Assembly (NCBI GenBank): GCA_026986575.1
Contig: JALSOH010000004.1
Location: 160,001 to 224,000 of the forward strand
Direction of reading: 5' to 3'
Source of the DNA: Thermoproteota archaeon
Lineage (GTDB): Archaea > Korarchaeota > Korarchaeia > Korarchaeales > Korarchaeaceae
Length of the DNA stretch: 64,000 nucleotides
The notes under the pieces are model-generated. The model was given only the letters and a program-made list of their open reading frames with translations. It was not told the DNA's origin and did no database searches. Both the position numbers and the translations under genes were made by a program. How positions within the stretch are numbered: the first letter of the stretch is position 1; the number at the start of each line of letters is the position of its first letter. This document shows positions 58,923 to 64,000 of the stretch, one piece after another.

Positions 58923-61061
58923 TCATCCTTCTAACAGGCTGATTTTATCCAGCTTGGGGAATATTATCAGACCGTCCTCGTTGAGCTTTTTCAGGATGTC
59001 CTCTATCACGTACTCCTTCCCCCTCAGATTGAGCTTCTCAGCGGCTAGCCTCACCACCACATCCCTATCAACGGTACCGTCCTCGGATTCCTCCACCAGC
59101 TGCTTGATCAGCGAGTAGACTATCTCCCTCCTCTTAACCATCGTATAGGAGACACCGGTCATGAGCCCGGTGATATCTCTTATCCCAGATACGACGTCAT
59201 GAGCGGCTCCCTCCAGCATTATATTCACCAACTTGATCGCCATCTCGGCGTCCTCGGCCATCACCTCCTTCCTGAGGTGCATCCTAGCCCTAGCCTCGCT
59301 GAGCCTTATGAGAGCCTCCAATTGCCTTGGGGTTATTGCGATGGTCTCAAAGAGGATATCCCCCCCTTCCTCGTCCCTAGCTATACCCTTCTTCCTCATC
59401 TCGACGTAAAATTCCTTGATCCTCCTAGCGGCCTCGTCAGTTAGCGTTGGATCTATGTTCTGCTTCGCGTACGCTATGTACTTCTTCAACAGAGTAGGAT
59501 CTATCGGGGGCCTGGCTTCGGGGTTCCTCCCCATTCTAGTGATGAGGATATGCTCAGCTACCATGCTGTCGGCTTCGAGGCTCGGCCTGTCCTTCATTAT
59601 GAACACCAAGTCGAACCTGGAGAGGATCGTTGGAGGGAGGTTTATGTTCTCGGTTATGGAGACGTAGTCGTCATACCTTCCCTTCTTCGGGTTAGCTGCA
59701 GCGATTATGGTGGTCCGTGCGTTAAGTGTAGCCACTATCCCTGCCTTAGCTATCGAAATGGTCTGCTGCTCCATGGCCTCATGTATAGATCTCCTGTCGT
59801 CCTCATTCATCTTGTCGAACTCGTCAATGCAAGCGACTCCTCTGTCCGCCAACACCAGCGCGCCAGCTTCAAGGGTCCATCCACCTGTTGCAGAGTCCCT
59901 AACAACCGCAGCGGTCAGGCCTGCTGCGGTCGATCCCTTTCCCGTCGTGTATAGGCCTCGGGGCGCTAACTGCGCAGCATATTTGAGAAGTTGACTCTTG
60001 GCAACTCCCGGATCTCCCACCATGAGGATGTTTATCTCTCCTCTTACCTTAGAGCCGTCGGCCAGTATCTTGGTACTACCTCCGAAAAGGGCGTATGCTA
60101 TCGCCCTCTTTACCTCTATCCAGCCGAACACGGAGGGGGCAATGGACTTGACGATGAGATCCTCTAGATCTTCCCTCTCAGCCAGCCTCCAGATCTCCTC
60201 CTCGTCCTCTGGAGTTATCTCAAGCTTCTCGTAGATCCTATTTGGAACCTCAACGTGCAATATCTCCAAATAACGCTTATAGATCGGGCCTTGCCCCCTT
60301 CCCTCGTCCCTTCTAGCTGGCTTGATCCTTATTATTCCCGTGATCTTGACCCTATCTCCCGGCTTGACCTCATCCACTATATCATCCAAAAGGACCCCGT
60401 CTATGTGCTCGGGCATCATACCTGGAGGGAGGTCCTCGGGCCTCTCTTGGATCCTTATAGTCCTCCATCGCACAAATTTGCTTAGTTCGGGCGAAAACTT
60501 CATAGGAGCGTCATGCTTCGGGCATCTTTCCGGAGGCTTAACTTTACCCCCATTAATATCCAAGATCACTATATCTTGTTGATCCTCAGGGCATACATAA
60601 ACCGCTTGCAAGAGTTTATCATAAATATCAGAGACTCTAGTTACTATTCCCTCTATCTCTATCAATCTCCCTATAGAGAACTTGGTCACATCCCTCAGGG
60701 ACGCTTTTGTGGGAATGTTGTAAAATCTTAGGTGGAAATCCCCTTCACTGTAAATCCTATATTTCTCCTCTCCGATCAAATCACCTAAGAGCTCGCTTAC
60801 AAGCTCCTTCAGAGCTCTGGAGGCTGCCTCTAAATGGAAAGTCGGGTGAACTATGATATCCTCGGCTATCTCCCTGAATTCGGGGTTAAAATTGTAAAGA
60901 TGAACCCAGTTAACCTCTAGGGATCTCCTTTGATCCTCTATCATCTGAGCTAATGCGTTGCTATAGATGGGCTCGCTGTCCTCATCCAAGTAGAACCGTA
61001 TGAACTCCTTATACTTCTCGGCGAGCTCATCGGGAGATAGAAGAGGGGCCCTCTCCACCAT
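58923..61061 (-). CDS. mcm: MCM replicative helicase
   Basis: GDPGVAKSQ, IDEFDKM, SRFD, RQLEALIR; no intein. Confidence 0.97.
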   Translation of the reverse strand: MVERAPLLSPDELAEKYKEFIRFYLDEDSEPIYSNALAQMIEDQRRSLEVNWVHLYNFNPEFREIAEDIIVHPTFHLEAASRALKELVSELLGDLIGEEKYRIYSEGDFHLRFYNIPTKASLRDVTKFSIGRLIEIEGIVTRVSDIYDKLLQAVYVCPEDQQDIVILDINGGKVKPPERCPKHDAPMKFSPELSKFVRWRTIRIQERPEDLPPGMMPEHIDGVLLDDIVDEVKPGDRVKITGIIRIKPARRDEGRGQGPIYKRYLEILHVEVPNRIYEKLEITPEDEEEIWRLAEREDLEDLIVKSIAPSVFGWIEVKRAIAYALFGGSTKILADGSKVRGEINILMVGDPGVAKSQLLKYAAQLAPRGLYTTGKGSTAAGLTAAVVRDSATGGWTLEAGALVLADRGVACIDEFDKMNEDDRRSIHEAMEQQTISIAKAGIVATLNARTTIIAAANPKKGRYDDYVSITENINLPPTILSRFDLVFIMKDRPSLEADSMVAEHILITRMGRNPEARPPIDPTLLKKYIAYAKQNIDPTLTDEAARRIKEFYVEMRKKGIARDEEGGDILFETIAITPRQLEALIRLSEARARMHLRKEVMAEDAEMAIKLVNIMLEGAAHDVVSGIRDITGLMTGVSYTMVKRREIVYSLIKQLVEESEDGTVDRDVVVRLAAEKLNLRGKEYVIEDILKKLNEDGLIIFPKLDKISLLEG

Positions 61062-61543
61062 TATTCATCATCCCTTACTCCTAGGAAGACGCTCATCCAC
61101 CCATCTACAACTGCCCTCAGGGCATTATAAAGGATGAGTTCTTCAGGCAGAAGATTTTTGGGAGTTCTTTTACTCGTTAATGCTATCGAGGTCCTTATAT
61201 GATTCAAGATCTTGGAAATCCTCTTATTTACTAGGGAAATCGCATCCCTACGTATAAGAGAATCTTCAGGGGACCGCTCCAATATCTCCCGGATCAGTGG
61301 ATATGTGTAAGGAGGGAGTTCTAGGGGCATCAAGGACACTTTCTCCTTGTAAAGCTTCTCACTGATGATCTTCCAGTCCACCTCCTCGACCTCAGCGAAC
61401 CCCTCCTCCGCTAGAATATCAGCCAACCACTTGGGTACTTCCACTTCCACATCCTTGAACAACCTAATTCCAAGCCTCTCCAAGCTCAAATCCCTTTTAG
61501 GTGCGATCTTAACCTGCTGTATCTCTTCTAAGACGCGAGCCAT
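61061..61543 (-). CDS. GINS subunit (Gins23)
   Basis: EVPKWLA, KR..KI, NLLPEE; directly upstream of mcm. Confidence 0.8.
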   Translation of the reverse strand: MARVLEEIQQVKIAPKRDLSLERLGIRLFKDVEVEVPKWLADILAEEGFAEVEEVDWKIISEKLYKEKVSLMPLELPPYTYPLIREILERSPEDSLIRRDAISLVNKRISKILNHIRTSIALTSKRTPKNLLPEELILYNALRAVVDGWMSVFLGVRDDE

Positions 61544-61618
61544 TCTCTTAGATATCACGGGAGGGCACCCACCTATTCCAGAAAGTATGTTAAATAAGCA
61601 CGACTCCAAATTCATGCG

Positions 61619-62473
61619 ATGCTGGTAAAGGGCTCTCCAGCGAGCAGCGTAACGCTGATATACAATGACGGCAAGAAAAAGACGTTAAAACTGGCCAAAA
61701 GGCTTGAGAGTCTACTTAAAGAGTCTAAAATAAGGGTTGTGGAACTGGAAGATGGTCCGGACGTGGTCGTGGTGATTGGTGGGGATGGGACGCTCCTCAG
61801 GGCCTTCCATCAGACCTTGGGTGGGGTACCGATATTGGGAGTGAAGGACGGGACGTACGGAACATTGCTGGAGGTCGATCCAGACGAGATAGAGTATATA
61901 CCAGATATATTATCGAGAGGAATGTACTGGCTCGAGGAGGCGTCGACCATTGAAACTAGGGGTAACGTCAGACTCATAGCATTAAACGAGTTCTTGATAA
62001 GGAGTGGAAAGCTAGGTAAGTCGTCTAGGCTTGGAATAGCAGTTGACGGGATTCCAATTGGGGAGTGCATATGTGACGGAGTCATAATATCTACTCCAAC
62101 TGGCTCCCTAGCTTATTCGCTTGCGGCTGGCGGTCCTCTAGTTGATCCCAGATCCAAGGACATGGTCGTGTCCTACGTAGCCCCGTGGCCACCTAGCCTC
62201 ACCCTCGCAGTCAAGTCCTTCGTACTCCCTTTGGAGTCGGAGGTGGAGATATGGTCCCCAGACCCCCAAGCCTACATTGTAGCTGATGGTCTTACTCCAC
62301 TAAAGATGAGACCTCCGATCAGAGTTTCAGGCTCGGATATCAAAGGTGTCTTCGTCCGATTGTCTTCAAACCCAGCCGACTTCTACAAGAGGATAGTCAA
62401 GAGGATGGTTCCAAGGAGGCTAACGGGCATAATGGACTACTTAGAAACAGGCATACTCCCACAAAACCTTTAA
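61619..62473 (+). CDS. nadK: NAD kinase
   Basis: GGDGT, LNE, DG..ISTPTGS.AYSLAAGGP. Confidence 0.93.
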   Translation: MLVKGSPASSVTLIYNDGKKKTLKLAKRLESLLKESKIRVVELEDGPDVVVVIGGDGTLLRAFHQTLGGVPILGVKDGTYGTLLEVDPDEIEYIPDILSRGMYWLEEASTIETRGNVRLIALNEFLIRSGKLGKSSRLGIAVDGIPIGECICDGVIISTPTGSLAYSLAAGGPLVDPRSKDMVVSYVAPWPPSLTLAVKSFVLPLESEVEIWSPDPQAYIVADGLTPLKMRPPIRVSGSDIKGVFVRLSSNPADFYKRIVKRMVPRRLTGIMDYLETGILPQNL

Positions 62474-62504
62474 ATTCCTGAGAATGAGAAGACATGAATG
62501 CGGG

Positions 62505-62591
62505 GCGGGGGTGGCCGAGCCAGGTCCAAGGCGACGGACTCAAGATCCGTTGGGCGTCAGGCCCGCGTGGGTTCGAATCCCACCCCCCGCA
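62505..62591 (+). tRNA. tRNA-Leu(CAA)
   Basis: GCGGGGG stem; ACGGA-CTCAAGA-TCCGT anticodon arm; long variable arm; GTTCGAAT T-loop. Confidence 0.95.
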
Positions 62592-62598
62592 TTCAACC

Positions 62599-63747
62599 TC
62601 ACGGTTCCCCGTACTCTTTGAATATCTCCATGAGAACCGGGTTTATCTCAACTATCTTCGTCTTACCCACCGAGGTTCTCCTCACTACACCTGCCGAGTC
62701 CAATCGCTTCAAAATTCTAGATACCTTGCTCTTAGAGAAGCCCGTAAGCTCGGGGAGATCTTTCTGCTCGATTTTCCCTCCTCTCTCTAATATTATATCA
62801 AGTATACTGCGTTCATCCCTGTCAAGCCTCTCCACCAGCTCTCTGTATTGCTCCACTGTCTCATCATCTAAAACTATCTCCTCAGGCGAGGAACCAGACC
62901 ATCCCTCCACTCTGGGTCTCCTTGATGCTCTCCTGTAGAGCATGAAGGCTATCCCTCCCGTTATGACGTTCGATCCTAGAATGACTAGCAGTAACTCCGT
63001 GAGGGGTAGCCCCCCCTCCACACCGTTTAACGGTGTAGTATTGGTGACGACTATTGTGGTCTCTTCGCTCTTAGGGGGCAGAGCTTCTCCCTCCACTCTA
63101 AATACTATGCTGAAGTCCCATGCGTTTCCTCTCGGTAGAGGGAAGGGTTTCCACAATGCTGTCAGCCTCTCAGAGAGAGGATCCATCTCCACTGCACCGG
63201 AAGTCCCTATCTTAGTTATGGCAGCTCCGTATGGAAGTAATATCCTCATCGTGGACCTGTTATATTCTACGGTAGCATTGGGCATGTAAAAGCGATATAC
63301 TAGCCTATACGTGTTGTCTTTAAGCCTGACCAGTATGGTGTTCGGCTTGAACATGAAGGAGAATGTAATATTCCTTACATCACCGGGACCCATCTCCTTT
63401 CCGAATCTGACCAGTATGACGTCGGCATAGGACTCCGTTTCTATCTTACTCACGGAGATGTCCCCCGATAGCGGCCTCAGATTCTCTATGCCTTTATACG
63501 GGTTCTCCATGACTATACCTACCGGTAGTATTGGGAACATCAGGGAGTTAACGCTACCATTGTACTCTTCACTGACAACGATCTCAGCGGTGATCGTTAC
63601 CTTAACAGACGTATTCTCATAAAGCTCCGTACTAACATTCATTTTATTTATAGTCACGCCAGCGACGGGTCCCCCGACGGAGTGGAAACTCAACTGGGCT
63701 ATTATGAGTAGAAGTATTCCCGCTAGTATCGTTGCGTTTTGTTTCAT
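62599..63747 (-). CDS. Membrane-anchored protein: beta-rich extracellular domain, TM, C-terminal wHTH
   Basis: Signal peptide, many NxS/T sequons, TM, EQKDLPELTGFSKSKVSRIL. Confidence 0.85.
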   Translation of the reverse strand: MKQNATILAGILLLIIAQLSFHSVGGPVAGVTINKMNVSTELYENTSVKVTITAEIVVSEEYNGSVNSLMFPILPVGIVMENPYKGIENLRPLSGDISVSKIETESYADVILVRFGKEMGPGDVRNITFSFMFKPNTILVRLKDNTYRLVYRFYMPNATVEYNRSTMRILLPYGAAITKIGTSGAVEMDPLSERLTALWKPFPLPRGNAWDFSIVFRVEGEALPPKSEETTIVVTNTTPLNGVEGGLPLTELLLVILGSNVITGGIAFMLYRRASRRPRVEGWSGSSPEEIVLDDETVEQYRELVERLDRDERSILDIILERGGKIEQKDLPELTGFSKSKVSRILKRLDSAGVVRRTSVGKTKIVEINPVLMEIFKEYGEP

Positions 63748-63835
63748 AAGCTCTTCACCTTTTTATAGCTACCTAAGGGGAAACCTAGGAAAACATTATT
63801 AAACTATCACGGCTCTAGTCGATGGGAGACCTGAC

Positions 63836-64000
63836 TTGAAGACAAATCCCCTCCTTTTTCAGTACGTAGTAAACTGGGTTAGGAAATTGAACTCACGAGC
63901 GTCCTTTTCTGATGTAGAGGTTATAGTAGAGGGCCCGAATGATGAAGCTGCTTTAGAGGACATAGGTGTTCATGCTACCTTCACGCACGCCTCTTGGCTG
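63836..64000 (+). CDS. Toprim-domain protein (partial, runs off the window)
   Basis: TTG start; VIVEGPNDEAALEDIG Toprim motif. Confidence 0.7.
   Translation, partial: MKTNPLLFQYVVNWVRKLNSRASFSDVEVIVEGPNDEAALEDIGVHATFTHASWL

Noticed and set aside
58923-61061. Inteins in MCM, Cdc6, Hel308 or DP1
   Set aside because: Lengths are normal; no C/S-start...HN splice motifs or LAGLIDADG inserts

Overview
Archaeal chromosome segment from a thermophile. Gene content (PolD DP1, Cdc6, GINS23-MCM, Hel308, exosome superoperon, OapABC, GGGPS/GGR, archaeosine TGT) and style suggest Korarchaeota; this is inference, not a database result. About 7.2-64 kb is mostly densely packed housekeeping genes, with six tRNAs: Arg-GCG, Lys-CTT, Gln-CTG, Ser-CGA (D-loop intron), Pro-GGG and Leu-CAA. 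There are two AT-richer accessory patches. (i) 1-7.1 kb holds a frameshifted HTH-LAGLIDADG gene, two tandem tRNA-Arg(TCG) 3'-half att-like repeats, decayed toxin-antitoxin genes, and an intact four-gene operon (hydrophobic peptide, M48 peptidase, SpoIIM/DUF95, Yip1-like) resembling a circular-bacteriocin (archaeocin) locus. This operon is the best candidate for an undescribed system. (ii) 20.6-24.2 kb holds a wHTH + SAMHD1-like HD dNTPase pair between two convergent tRNAs, plus ABC-transporter remnants. Other highlights: a complete tRNA-Arg nested in frame in the 5' end of a same-strand CDS, a candidate oriC with TTCAACTCC repeats beside cdc6, and a 161-bp gene-conversion tract between the two ECF ATPases.
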